64,000 nt of DNA from positions 22,543-86,542 of the forward strand of contig JBDTKF010000146.1 of assembly GCA_039935455.1 (NCBI GenBank), written 5' to 3'. Source of the stretch: Ginsengibacter sp. Lineage in GTDB: Bacteria > Bacteroidota > Bacteroidia > Chitinophagales > Chitinophagaceae. The position numbers and the translations under genes were made by a program. Within the stretch, counting starts at the first letter, position 1, and each line of letters opens with the position of its first letter. The notes beneath the pieces were generated by a model, which saw nothing but the letters and a program-made list of their open reading frames with translations, did not search any database and was not told the origin of the DNA. Below, piece by piece: positions 30,459-40,884 of this stretch.

Positions 30459-31505
30459 CTATTTTCCCGACGGCGGTGCAGATGGTTTCTGCTGCTGTTG
30501 CTGTTGCATCTGCTGTTGCATTTGTTCCATCATCTGGCGTTGCTGCTGTATTTGCTGTTGTTGTCTTTCCAGTTCCTTTTCATACGCATCCTGACCAACA
30601 ATGTCTGTAACTTTTATGTCAAAAATCAGATTTTCATTCGGCCCAATTTTAGGTGCACGGCCATTTTTACCATAAGCCAGGTAAGAAGGAATGATTATTT
30701 TTCCCTTACTTCCTTTTTGCATCAGTTTCAAGCCATCTATCCAACCAGGTATTACGCGCCAGCCACTCATGTCAACGTATAGCGGTTCAGAATGCCCAAA
30801 TATCTGTTGGGTGTTAGAATCAAAAGTGCTATCATTAAACGTACGTCCTGTATAATTTACCACAGCCACATCGTTTTCTCCGATCATGCTACCAGTACCA
30901 GCACTGTCAATCACAACATAAGTTCCCCATTTGGTTTTATTGCCTTTCAGATTATTTTTATTCATGAATTCCTGAATACTTTTATCATCAGCTTTTACCA
31001 AAGAATCGTTTGACGAAATATTTTTTTCAATTTCTTCGATTGATTTTTTATTATTAAAAATCTTTGCGGCAGCCACATAAGTTTTCGCAGCACTGTCTGC
31101 TGCAGCTTTGGAAGAAAATAATTTCACAAACTTATAAGTCTGATAGACAAATTCTCCTTTCTGCATGAAAGGCTGTCCCTGACCGTATTTGATGATAGAA
31201 TCTGTTGATTGCCTGATCACCAAACTATCCCCTTCATGTACATCTTTATAATACGGAGGTAGTTGGGTAGTATCGAACGGAAGAAAGCGGGGCTGACTAC
31301 TTTCAATACTGCTAAAAAGTACGCTGTCCTTATATTTTGCCAGTATGTTCACCTGCATATAATCTCCGGCAACAGCTTTTCTACCATCCTCATTGCGGAT
31401 AATTTTATATTCTGATCCGTCTTTATCTTTTTGAAATTTTTGCTCATTACAACCTGACGCGATCAGTAAAAATGCAGCGGCAGTAAGGCAAAGGATTTTG
31501 TTCAT
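30459..31505 (-). CDS. FKBP-type peptidyl-prolyl isomerase lipoprotein with Gln-rich tail
   Basis: Lipobox IASGC; degenerate N-terminal FKBP domain; C-terminal VNYTGR...FDSN...VIPGW...PSYLAYG...LIFDI. Confidence 0.9.
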   Translation of the reverse strand: MNKILCLTAAAFLLIASGCNEQKFQKDKDGSEYKIIRNEDGRKAVAGDYMQVNILAKYKDSVLFSSIESSQPRFLPFDTTQLPPYYKDVHEGDSLVIRQSTDSIIKYGQGQPFMQKGEFVYQTYKFVKLFSSKAAADSAAKTYVAAAKIFNNKKSIEEIEKNISSNDSLVKADDKSIQEFMNKNNLKGNKTKWGTYVVIDSAGTGSMIGENDVAVVNYTGRTFNDSTFDSNTQQIFGHSEPLYVDMSGWRVIPGWIDGLKLMQKGSKGKIIIPSYLAYGKNGRAPKIGPNENLIFDIKVTDIVGQDAYEKELERQQQQIQQQRQMMEQMQQQMQQQQQQKPSAPPSGK

Positions 31506-31525
31506 GTTTGTTTTTTTATAAATGG

Positions 31526-32536
31526 TTAATTGTTTAATTGTTCTTTATTTTCTTTAATTGCTTTTTTGAATTTGGAAATTACTTCGTCCAAAGTTTCTGT
31601 ATTTCTTCCACCAGCCGCATTGAAATGTCCGCCACCGTTAAAATATTTTCTGGCAAAAGTATTTACATCAAAACCACCTTTGCTTCTGAAAGAACTTTTT
31701 CGCTCATCTCCCCTATCAATAATTACAGCTGCCAATTTGATTCCTTTAATGCTTAACGGAAAATTAACCAAACCCTCGGTATCGCCGGTTTTTACATTAA
31801 ACTTTACAAGGTCTTTTTGTGGAATTGCAATCAAGGCCGTATTGAATTCGTAGAATATTTCCATCCGGTTTAACAAAGTGTTTCCAAAAAAACGAAACCT
31901 TCCTTCCATGAAATTATCGAATAAATTCTCATGAACCTGGCTATGATCAAACCCAGACTCTTTCAATTTCGCAACCATTTTGTGCACATCAGCAGTTGTA
32001 GAATTAAAACGGAAAGAGCCAGTATCAGTCATAACACCAGCATATAAGCATTCAGAAATATCAACATTTATTTTATCATCGTGACCGCTATTTAAAATAA
32101 AATCAAATACCATCTCTGCTGTAGAACTCTTTTTGGGATTACTTATCCCATAATCGAAGGCCTCAGTTTGCGGTTGCTGATGGTGATCAATCAATATTTT
32201 AGTACAAGTAAGATCAGTAATAACAGGCTCCATGTTTTTAACACGGCTGAGAACATTGAAGTCAAGGCAAAAAAGCCATTGCGCTTCCTTCAAAGCCTTC
32301 AAAGCTTTTTCTTTTTGGATTTCAAAATCCAATACTTTTTTTGCTCCGGGCATCCAACTTAAAAAGCCCGCCCAATTTGTAGGTGAAATAACAGTTACCG
32401 CATGCCCAAAGCGGATCAAAAAATTATACAAACCCAATCCAGATCCCATCGCATCTGCGTCAGGTTTCTGGTGGAAAGTAATTACAATCTTTTTTTGTTC
32501 TTCCAGTAAAGAAAAAATTTCACTAATTGGTTTCAT
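31526..32536 (-). CDS. nrnA: DHH/DHHA1 oligoribonuclease / pAp phosphatase
   Basis: HQKPDADAMGS, IDHH, DTGSF, SFRSKG, GGGHFNAAG. Start set at ATG 32536. Confidence 0.92.
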   Translation of the reverse strand: MKPISEIFSLLEEQKKIVITFHQKPDADAMGSGLGLYNFLIRFGHAVTVISPTNWAGFLSWMPGAKKVLDFEIQKEKALKALKEAQWLFCLDFNVLSRVKNMEPVITDLTCTKILIDHHQQPQTEAFDYGISNPKKSSTAEMVFDFILNSGHDDKINVDISECLYAGVMTDTGSFRFNSTTADVHKMVAKLKESGFDHSQVHENLFDNFMEGRFRFFGNTLLNRMEIFYEFNTALIAIPQKDLVKFNVKTGDTEGLVNFPLSIKGIKLAAVIIDRGDERKSSFRSKGGFDVNTFARKYFNGGGHFNAAGGRNTETLDEVISKFKKAIKENKEQLNN

Positions 32537-32545
32537 AAAAGGCTG

Positions 32546-32576
32546 CAAATGTAAATTTAATTAGCCAATTGGCAAA
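32546..32576 (-). promoter_or_regulatory. Full Bacteroidota sigma-A promoter for nrnA-FKBP
   Basis: TTTG (32576-32573), 19-nt spacer, TACATTTG (32553-32546). Confidence 0.75.
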
Positions 32577-32605
32577 TTACCTACGTTGCTAATTGGCTCA
32601 TTAAA

Positions 32606-34603
32606 TTATTTACTTGTCCAAACATTATTACCAGCATCTATATCCGGGAAAATATGGGTAGGATCAATGGTTACAGATTTTAGTTTTTCTTTTGTGGTCA
32701 ATTTCTGAATCCACGTATTTCCATTCTGCCAAACTTCGACAGGAACCTTTACTGTATCTGATTTTCCACTCTCTGTTTCATATTGAATATAAATAGGCAT
32801 AGCCATTTTATCAAGGTTAACAACGGTTACCAAAGCGCCCTTTTCAGAATCCCCATCTATATATTTTACGTCAGTAATTGCCTGATCTAGTTTATAGTTT
32901 TCAATGAACAATCCTTTCCAAAACCAGCCAAGATCTTCGCCACCAGCGTTTTCCATTGTCCTGAAGAAATCCCAGGGAGTGGGATGCTTGTATGCCCATC
33001 GTTGAATATACAAGCGAAAAGCATAGTCAAATCTTTGCTCGCCCAAAATATGATTTCTCAAAAGATCAAGTGCATACCCCGGCTTGTAATACAATGCCAC
33101 ACCGATGTTGGCTTCTTTCAAGGCATCCGGCACACTCATCACGGTTTCACTGTTTGGGCCAAAAACATATTTATACATGGAACCATTATTTTGCCCTTTG
33201 TTTACATATTCCCCATTATTAAAATCTTTGGTAGAAATTCCATTGATGAATGTATTGAATCCTTCGTCCATCCAACCATATTTTCTTTCATTGCTTCCAA
33301 CAATCATCGGGAACCAGGTGTGGCCAAATTCATGATCCGTAACTCCCCAAAGCCTTCCACCTTTTGATTTTGAATTACAAAATACGATTCCTGGATACTC
33401 CATTCCGTTAATATTGCAAGCCACGTTGGTTGCATTATTATAAGGAAATTCGTACCATCTTTTAGAGTATCCTTCCAGCGAAGCTTTTGTATATTCAGTA
33501 GAACGTTCCCATCCATTATCCCCGTTTGATTCAACCGGATAAACACTTTGTGCAAGGCCTTTTCTTCCGGAAGGAAAATTAATTCTGGCCGCATCCCATA
33601 TAAACGCTTTCGAAGCAGCCCAGGAAACGTCACGGGAATTTTTCATTTTGAAATGCCAGGTAATATTTTCTTTTTGCGGACGTGATGCCGGATTACTCAC
33701 TTCTTCCGCACTACGGATCATGACTGTTTTATCACTCTTTCTGGCTTCATTTAATCTCTTTATTTCGGTAGATGTCAGCACGTCTTTTGGATTTTGCAAT
33801 TCCCCGGAACCAACCACAATAAGGTTTGCAGGGGCCGTGATGGAATAATCATAATCGCCGTAATCAAAATAAAATTCACCAGCGCCAAGATAGGGTAATG
33901 TATTCCATCCTTCGATATCATCATACACACACATCCTCGGATACCACTGTGCAATAGAATAAATCTTTCCGTTTTCTGTCTCCAGAATTCCCGTACGATC
34001 ACTACCTGTGTGTGGAATCATATAAGAGTAATCGATTTTAATTTCAACCGTTTCTCCCTGACCTAATTTTTTGGGAAGCCTAATTTGCATCCTGGTATCA
34101 GAAATTAAATTCACCACATTTGCAGAGGAAACTTTTCCTTTTATGGTAGTTAAAAGTTTAACCGATTTAATATCATATCCGCCCTCAAAGTTCGTACCCA
34201 CATTAGTATAGCGGCTTTTCCTGGTTGCCGGTGCTTTCGCCTGTCCACGTGAATCTGCGTTGAAAAGATTTTGATCGAGGTAAAGCCAGAGAAATGGTAA
34301 AGCCTGTGGACTGCGATTAGTATAAGAAATAGTTACACTCCCTGTAATCGCGTCTTTCACATCATCTAATGTAGCATTGATTTTATAACTTGCTTTGTTT
34401 GTCCAATATTTTGGACCAGGTTCTCCATCAGCTGCCCGATACTCGTTCACAGAAGAAGGATAGAAATTTGGAGTAAAAAGATCGTGTTCATTATAAACCG
34501 ATTTATCACTTTGTGCAAATGAAAAGGAGCTTATTAATACAAATGAAAAAACAAAGAAGAATTTAATTTTGATCATTGAATTAAGTTTTAGATTTCGAAT
34601 CAA
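32606..34603 (-). CDS. M1-family metallopeptidase, exported
   Basis: [20 protein letters not shown] (HExxH), WMDEG. Start may be 34576. Confidence 0.9.
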   Translation of the reverse strand: MIRNLKLNSMIKIKFFFVFSFVLISSFSFAQSDKSVYNEHDLFTPNFYPSSVNEYRAADGEPGPKYWTNKASYKINATLDDVKDAITGSVTISYTNRSPQALPFLWLYLDQNLFNADSRGQAKAPATRKSRYTNVGTNFEGGYDIKSVKLLTTIKGKVSSANVVNLISDTRMQIRLPKKLGQGETVEIKIDYSYMIPHTGSDRTGILETENGKIYSIAQWYPRMCVYDDIEGWNTLPYLGAGEFYFDYGDYDYSITAPANLIVVGSGELQNPKDVLTSTEIKRLNEARKSDKTVMIRSAEEVSNPASRPQKENITWHFKMKNSRDVSWAASKAFIWDAARINFPSGRKGLAQSVYPVESNGDNGWERSTEYTKASLEGYSKRWYEFPYNNATNVACNINGMEYPGIVFCNSKSKGGRLWGVTDHEFGHTWFPMIVGSNERKYGWMDEGFNTFINGISTKDFNNGEYVNKGQNNGSMYKYVFGPNSETVMSVPDALKEANIGVALYYKPGYALDLLRNHILGEQRFDYAFRLYIQRWAYKHPTPWDFFRTMENAGGEDLGWFWKGLFIENYKLDQAITDVKYIDGDSEKGALVTVVNLDKMAMPIYIQYETESGKSDTVKVPVEVWQNGNTWIQKLTTKEKLKSVTIDPTHIFPDIDAGNNVWTSK

Positions 34604-34856
34604 ATTATTATAAAAAGTTCCGAAGTTAATTATATATTGGCCTAAAAGATCTATGAAATCATAACTGGATAAATAATGATTTAAACGGTAAGTTACTAAT
34701 CCAAAAAAAAATCCCTTGTAGTTGAAATTATTTTGTTTTCATTGCCTATCCAGTAAGTTTTGATGAAATAGAAATCCCGATTATTTGTTAATTTACTATC
34801 TGGAAATTTTAAAAAAAAATATCACCAGCCGACAAAAAATCGTATAAACAAAATTC

Positions 34857-35210
34857 TCAAAACTCCTTGCGCCAGCTCACTTCCGCGGCGCCTTGCATTC
34901 CTTCTATCGGCGGATGCATTTTTTTTATTGAAAGAAAAATTGATTTCAAATCAGGAAACTGCCGGTGAATTTCATTCCCTGTTTCCATCACAATTGTTTC
35001 CAAAAGCGGAGTAGGAATATTCATTCTTTTTTTTATGATATTATAAATAACCGCATAATTGATCGTCTCGCTTATACGTTCAATTACTTCGTCTCTTTCA
35101 TGAAATTCAACAGAGGCATTCACTACATACTCATTCCCCAATATTCTTTCTTCTTCATAAATACCATGGAAAGCGTTGAACAAAAGATTTTGCAATTGAA
35201 CTGTTATCAT
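34857..35210 (-). CDS. folB: Dihydroneopterin aldolase
   Basis: FNAFHGIYEEE, TINYA, LLET, KMHPPI. Confidence 0.92.
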   Translation of the reverse strand: MITVQLQNLLFNAFHGIYEEERILGNEYVVNASVEFHERDEVIERISETINYAVIYNIIKKRMNIPTPLLETIVMETGNEIHRQFPDLKSIFLSIKKMHPPIEGMQGAAEVSWRKEF

Positions 35211-35222
35211 AAAACCCGGAAT

Positions 35223-36212
35223 TTAATTCTTCACGTTCTGAGGAAGTGCATCTAAATGATCAGAAGGGACGGGATGTTTGAGCATGCTCAAAAATCTTTC
35301 TGCGTCAAGAGCGGCCATACAACCCGAGCCAGCAGCAGTTACGGCCTGCCGGTAAATCTTATCCTGCAGATCGCCCGCGGCAAATACGCCTTCAATGTTT
35401 GTCTTTGTGGTGCCGGGCAAAGTTTTTATATAACCCGATTCATCCATATCCAGCCAACCTTTGAAAATTTCAGAATTAGGCCGGTGACCTATGGCAACGA
35501 AATATGCACTCACCGGAATTTGCATCTTTTCCCCGGTTTTATTATTAATCACCTTTACAGATTCTGTTTTTGATTCTCCTATAATTTCTTCTACTTCAGT
35601 GTTCCAATAGACTTTTATATTTTTTGTTTCCAATACCCTTTTCTGCATGATCTTGCTGGCGCGCATTACCTCTTTTCTTACAAACATGTGTACAAAATGA
35701 CAAATCTTACTCAGGTATAACGCTTCCTCCGCTGCTGTATCACCCGCACCCACGATGCATACATCTTTTCCTTTGAAAAAAAATCCATCACAAACCGCAC
35801 AGGCGCTAACTCCATATCCATTCAATCTCTTTTCACTTTCTAACCCAAGCCATATGGCACTGGCGCCTGTGGCTAAAATAACCGCATCGGCACTAATCCA
35901 CTTTTCCTCATCAATTAAAACCTTCAATGGACAAACCGAAAAATCTACTTTCGTTGCCAATCCATAGCGAATATCAGCACCCATTCGTTGGGCTTGTTTT
36001 TCAAAATCAACCATCATATCCGGCCCCTGAATACCATCTGGATAACCTGGATAATTTTCCACGTCAGTAGTAATGGTAAGTTGGCCTCCGGGTTGAATTC
36101 CCTGATAAACCACCGGTTTCAAATTGGCTCTCGCAGCATAAATCGCGGCCGTATATCCAGCCGGTCCCGAGCCAATGATCAAACATTCTACATGTTCTGT
36201 TTTTGTATCCAT
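35223..36212 (-). CDS. trxB: Thioredoxin reductase
   Basis: GSGPAGYTAAIY, VENYPG, CAVC, GAGDTA, AAGD. Confidence 0.97.
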   Translation of the reverse strand: MDTKTEHVECLIIGSGPAGYTAAIYAARANLKPVVYQGIQPGGQLTITTDVENYPGYPDGIQGPDMMVDFEKQAQRMGADIRYGLATKVDFSVCPLKVLIDEEKWISADAVILATGASAIWLGLESEKRLNGYGVSACAVCDGFFFKGKDVCIVGAGDTAAEEALYLSKICHFVHMFVRKEVMRASKIMQKRVLETKNIKVYWNTEVEEIIGESKTESVKVINNKTGEKMQIPVSAYFVAIGHRPNSEIFKGWLDMDESGYIKTLPGTTKTNIEGVFAAGDLQDKIYRQAVTAAGSGCMAALDAERFLSMLKHPVPSDHLDALPQNVKN

Positions 36213-36450
36213 AAAGGCAAAAATAATATATTCAAAGGAAACATGTAAAGGCTAATGCTGGGACGTTCTTATTCCCTTACAATAAATGTAATAAGGAGCG
36301 TAATGAAAAAAAATGAATCTTTTTTGCAGTTGTTCCCCGTGGTAATTTGAAAATATCCACTCAATTGAGTCATTAATAACAAAAATTATAAATTATTGTA
36401 GAAGATAATTTAAATTCACAGTTTTAACCGGTTTCGTTAAATTTACAAGT

Positions 36451-36843
36451 ATGAAAGTTTTGGTAGTAGATGATGAAGCAGACATGCAAACGCTTTTCGA
36501 ACAACGCTTCAGGAAAGAAATTAAAAGTGGGGAAATTGATTTCGTTTTCGCAAATTCGGGGAACGAAGCCCTGGAATATCTTAATCAACAAAGTCATGAA
36601 TTTGTATTGATATTATCTGATATCAATATGCCAGGTATGAGTGGACTGGAATTACTGGAACGCATCAAACAAAGATATCTGGCGCCGCCGCCAAAAGTAA
36701 TGATGATTACTGCTTATGGCGATGAATACAACTATAAACAAGCGATGACGCTTGGTGCTGATGATTTTCTCACCAAACCACTTGACTTTACAGCACTTAA
36801 AGAAAAATTAAAACCGAATGATGGCAAAAATATTAGTCGTTGA
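36451..36843 (+). CDS. Single-domain response regulator
   Basis: [23 protein letters not shown]. Confidence 0.93.
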   Translation: MKVLVVDDEADMQTLFEQRFRKEIKSGEIDFVFANSGNEALEYLNQQSHEFVLILSDINMPGMSGLELLERIKQRYLAPPPKVMMITAYGDEYNYKQAMTLGADDFLTKPLDFTALKEKLKPNDGKNISR

Positions 36844-37861
36844 TGACGAAACAGATCTGGAGATACTAATAAAGCAAAAGTTTCGTCGTCAAATACGTGA
36901 ACAAAAATATGAGTTCACATTTGCTACTGACGGCAATGACGCGCTTGTTAAAATCGGGGAAAATCCGGATATGGATATTGTACTCAGTGACATTAATATG
37001 CCCGGTATGGATGGCTTGACGTTGATTGGCAAATTGAATGAAGTCAATCCGTTAATCAAATCAATCATTGTTTCCGCTTATGGTGATATGGAAAATATTC
37101 GTACCGCAATGAACCGCGGTGCGTATGATTTTTTATGCAAACCAGTAAATTTTGATGATCTGGATCTCACGATTCAAAAAACGATCCGATATGTAATTCA
37201 GCTCAGGGAAACCATCGAGGCAATCAGAGAAAATAATATCTTAAAAATGTACGTGGATAAAAACGTACTCAATTTTATGAACAGCCGCGAATTCGAATCT
37301 TCCTTATTGTTAAGTGAAAATATCGAAGCTTCTGTTGCATTTATCGATATCTGCAATTTCACAGCAATCACTGAAAAAGAGCCTGCGGATGTAGTGGTAA
37401 AATTGCTGAATCGTTATTTCGACGTCATGGTAAAAGAAATTATTGCACAGGATGGATACATCGATAAATTTATGGGAGATGCGATCATGGCGATTTTCAG
37501 AGGAGAATATCATTTAGACAGAGCCATAGAAGCAAGTCTGGGCGTAAGAAAACAAATAGAAATCCTTCCACAACTTGCAGAAGGATTATCTTTTTTACCC
37601 AAACTTTCTATTGGTATCAATTCCGGTGAAATGATTTCAGGAAACATTGGCTCAGCAAATCTTCGCCGGCTGGATTACACAGTAATCGGAGACACGGTTA
37701 ATACAGCACAACGGTTACAGAGTGCAGCTAAAGAAGGTCAAATCATTATCAATGAAGTTTCCTACCACAAAGTAAAAGATTCATTTCACTGTGAACAAAT
37801 CGGCAAAGTAGCTCTAAAACACAAGCAAGAACCGGTAACTATTTACCAGGTAGTAGATTAA
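36821..37861 (+). CDS. Receiver-domain class III adenylate cyclase
   Basis: REC (VVDDE, SDINMP, CKP) plus cyclase motifs [30 protein letters not shown]. Start 36818 or 36821. Confidence 0.9.
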   Translation: MAKILVVDDETDLEILIKQKFRRQIREQKYEFTFATDGNDALVKIGENPDMDIVLSDINMPGMDGLTLIGKLNEVNPLIKSIIVSAYGDMENIRTAMNRGAYDFLCKPVNFDDLDLTIQKTIRYVIQLRETIEAIRENNILKMYVDKNVLNFMNSREFESSLLLSENIEASVAFIDICNFTAITEKEPADVVVKLLNRYFDVMVKEIIAQDGYIDKFMGDAIMAIFRGEYHLDRAIEASLGVRKQIEILPQLAEGLSFLPKLSIGINSGEMISGNIGSANLRRLDYTVIGDTVNTAQRLQSAAKEGQIIINEVSYHKVKDSFHCEQIGKVALKHKQEPVTIYQVVD

Positions 37862-37904
37862 AAATCTTACTTAAAAGTTTGTTTACTGCGAAACCACCAG
37901 GTTC

Positions 37905-38636
37905 CTATTTTTTTACAATTGTTGCGTAAATCACCACATCATTGAAATCATTATCGCAACCCGCCTGTGTTCTATCATAATCTTCAAATCCTACGAGGAT
38001 TTTATTTTCCGGTGCATAATTAATCAGAACTGCATGTTTCTTAAGTTTTGGATCCACCTCAGGATTCAATACGTCGTTAGAGGCAAAATGTACCGCATCA
38101 TTATTCATGGTCTTTTTTATTGGATCCCATGCATTTTGCATTAAAACAAAACCGATTGAAGTTCCGGCATTGAAAGTCCCAAGTTTGGCTTTATCACCAG
38201 GATTTAATGGTGTAAGGTTTCCGGCATTTGGGAAAACGTACGTGATTAGTTGAATGTCTTTCGCACTTAGTGGTGGCTGGTTGGTCGGATAAGTATAGAA
38301 AGCGATAGAATTTTTTGATCCGCCATCTTCGGTGACAAAAGTGATATAAACATCGGAGGTCTGTGTAACAGCAACATCAGCAATCAATTTACCCGAAAAA
38401 AATTCGGGATGGCTAATAGTCAAATTCTGACCATTTGGAAGGATTGAATCAATGAAATTTATCATCCCCGCAGGAATGGTATCTTTCAACAAATTGCTAG
38501 GCTTACCTACGTCATCAAAAGTATTTAACGATTGGTAAGACGTCGTAGTAAAATTTACAGGTTTGGTTACAGGGTCTTTTTTACATGCATTCAGCAAGCA
38601 AAGCATCAAGATCAATGATGCAGTATTTTTTATCAT
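37905..38636 (-). CDS. DUF4114-like lipoprotein
   Basis: Lipobox LNAC; GFEDYDR...DNDFNDVV motif. Confidence 0.75.
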   Translation of the reverse strand: MIKNTASLILMLCLLNACKKDPVTKPVNFTTTSYQSLNTFDDVGKPSNLLKDTIPAGMINFIDSILPNGQNLTISHPEFFSGKLIADVAVTQTSDVYITFVTEDGGSKNSIAFYTYPTNQPPLSAKDIQLITYVFPNAGNLTPLNPGDKAKLGTFNAGTSIGFVLMQNAWDPIKKTMNNDAVHFASNDVLNPEVDPKLKKHAVLINYAPENKILVGFEDYDRTQAGCDNDFNDVVIYATIVKK

Positions 38637-38913
38637 TATTTTCTTTTAGGTTTATTTTTTAAAATACAATTCAATAGTTATTCAAAAAGTTTGCCGAAAT
38701 TTTTTATTTGGAAAATAGCACCATATGTCCTAGCTATCGAAGTTACAATTTTCCCAGCAAATTAATCTGTACTCTCCATATGTCAACGAGTAATTATTTC
38801 AACAAGAATAAAAAAATTAACATGTTACCTAAGATCCCAATAACTTTATATTTTATTTACTTTTTAGTTCAATGTTACAATATAATAAGTTTATTATAAA
38901 ACGATTTAAAAAG

Positions 38914-38997
38914 ATCAAAAGTATGCCGAAGTAAAATGACTTTGTGGTTTTTTGGAATGTAATTTCCAAAAAACCGATGTGGCTTGCAACTTTTGAT
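38914..38997. repeat. Nested inverted repeat downstream of a DHFR-fold gene
   Basis: Perfect 12-bp IR at 38946-38957 / 38964-38975 inside a 9-bp IR atcaaaagt / acttttgat. Confidence 0.7.
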
Positions 38998-39016
38998 AGT
39001 AGGAAAATATGTTTTG

Positions 39017-39562
39017 TTACGACGGTTTGTAATACAGAGTTACTGCACCACCACTAAACGTTTTAGTAGTTAAGAGTTTAAGAGTAATTCTATTGTTTGT
39101 GTTCTCAAATAATGGCAACCCTTTTCCTGCTATAACAGGGTGAACACAAAGTTGGAATTCATCAATCAAATTCAGTTTCATTAATTGAATAATTAAACTC
39201 CGACTACCAACTAAAATGTCTCTGCCAGATAAACGTTTGAGTTCTAAGACTAATTCTTCAACAGGTTGATTTGACAATTTTGCACTGTGCCATGCAACAT
39301 TTTTAATCGTGTGGGAAAATATAATTTTTGGAATGCGATCCATTACAACAGCAAAGTCATCCATTGATTTTTCACCTGAAGGATTTTCCGCTAAAGTTCG
39401 CCAAAATTCCATAAGTTGATATGTTATTCTCCCATAGAGAATAGTGTCTGCGTCTCTTATAAGGTCAGCATAATATCGATGTATTTCATCATCTGGGATA
39501 ATTGCAGTATGGTCGCAAAAACCGTCAAGTGTCATATTGAGAGCTGCAATTATTTTTCTCAT
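39017..39562 (-). CDS. Dihydrofolate-reductase-fold (RibD C-terminal) protein
   Basis: MRKIIAALNMTLDGF, YGRITY, DEFQLCVHPVIAGKGLPLF. Confidence 0.88.
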   Translation of the reverse strand: MRKIIAALNMTLDGFCDHTAIIPDDEIHRYYADLIRDADTILYGRITYQLMEFWRTLAENPSGEKSMDDFAVVMDRIPKIIFSHTIKNVAWHSAKLSNQPVEELVLELKRLSGRDILVGSRSLIIQLMKLNLIDEFQLCVHPVIAGKGLPLFENTNNRITLKLLTTKTFSGGAVTLYYKPS

Positions 39563-39641
39563 ATTTTGCATTTTGATTGTCTGTCTTCTTGATTCTTACA
39601 ACCTGTTACTATCAATGACTGCTATTAGCATTTCGTAATTA

Positions 39642-40220
39642 TTATCTGTCTACTGTGTAATTTAGTTCAGTTACGCCGCAAGTAAATTGTCGGGTAGTTA
39701 ATAGCTTTAGTTTTATTTTGTCTTTGATGTCTACAAATAATGGAATGCCTCGGCCAAGAACAATCGGATTAACAAATAGCCAGTAACCGTCAATTAAATT
39801 AAGTTGCATCAGTGAATGTGTTGCTGTGGGGCTACCAAAAAGTAAGATGTCTTCACTCCCACCGTTGCGGGATTGTTTTATTTCATTTATTCTGTCAGAA
39901 AAGTTGTCGCTTATAATTTTTGTGTTAACTAAATCTGCGTCTTTCATTGTTTTGGATAAAACAACTTTTTGAGCTTTGCTATACCACCTTGAATGTTCAA
40001 TGTCATGCCTGGTGGCTGTCGCCTTATCTGCTGCAGTAGGCCAGTAATTTTCCATCAGCTGAAAAGTTTTCCGTCCATATAATGCGGTGTCACCTTTCCC
40101 TATCCGCTTACCGACATAATCAAAAATTTCTTCATCCACTTTAATCCAGTCCATTTCTCCGTTCAGTCCTGCGACAAATCCGTCCAGAGATATGTGCACA
40201 AAAGAAATTATCTTTCTCAT
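39642..40220 (-). CDS. Dihydrofolate-reductase-fold (RibD C-terminal) protein
   Basis: MRKIISFVHISLDGF, YGRKTF, FGSPT, LIDGYWLFVNPIVLGRGIPLF. Confidence 0.88.
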   Translation of the reverse strand: MRKIISFVHISLDGFVAGLNGEMDWIKVDEEIFDYVGKRIGKGDTALYGRKTFQLMENYWPTAADKATATRHDIEHSRWYSKAQKVVLSKTMKDADLVNTKIISDNFSDRINEIKQSRNGGSEDILLFGSPTATHSLMQLNLIDGYWLFVNPIVLGRGIPLFVDIKDKIKLKLLTTRQFTCGVTELNYTVDR

Positions 40221-40884
40221 ATGATGCTCTTTTTATTGTAATTACAAACAGATATACTTTTATTCCCCATTGCTGAAAGCTCATTTAAATAATTATTTTA
40301 TCCTTTATCTTTTTTAGGACTCAATAGGGTCGTCATTTATGAATAGTAGCTGTAATAAACAAGTTCTTCCAATTTTAGAAATGATTCCTATTGAATTTGT
40401 ATACTGTAATTTACAATACTATCTCAAAAGTTGAAGAAATTGTTTCATTCCACGAGCTAAGGCTGTAGATGCCCCTTGAAGGACACTTTGCAAATAAGCC
40501 CGGACAAGGATCAAGCGCTATTGTGCCGGTTCGTTAGAAAAAAACACAAATGAACGCGTTAAGATTAAGCTTTTAAAAATACGATAAAAGAGGGACCGAT
40601 TCATCCAAATTATTTCCGGAAATTCGCGATTTAATTCAAAAGTTTCAATAACTTGCATTTGCGATTGCCTTGAGATAACACCCCATTATTCTGGGATTAC
40701 ACTTATCCAAAAAATCATATCCCTAGAAACTCTGATGCTCCTCACAATAGTGGGTCAATAACTTGACTCGTTCATTCATTTTCAGATTCATTATCATCAT
40801 CCACTTCCATTGAAGAATTAATGCTTTGAAATTTATAAGAACGATCGTTCCGGTAACATTCTTGCTAAAAAAAATTTTGAGCAC

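Noticed and set aside
40455-40530. A further attC-like element (TTCTAAC...CTTAGC on the minus strand)
   Set aside because: Internal pairing is poor, the right core has C instead of G, and no gene is associated with it; too weak to call.
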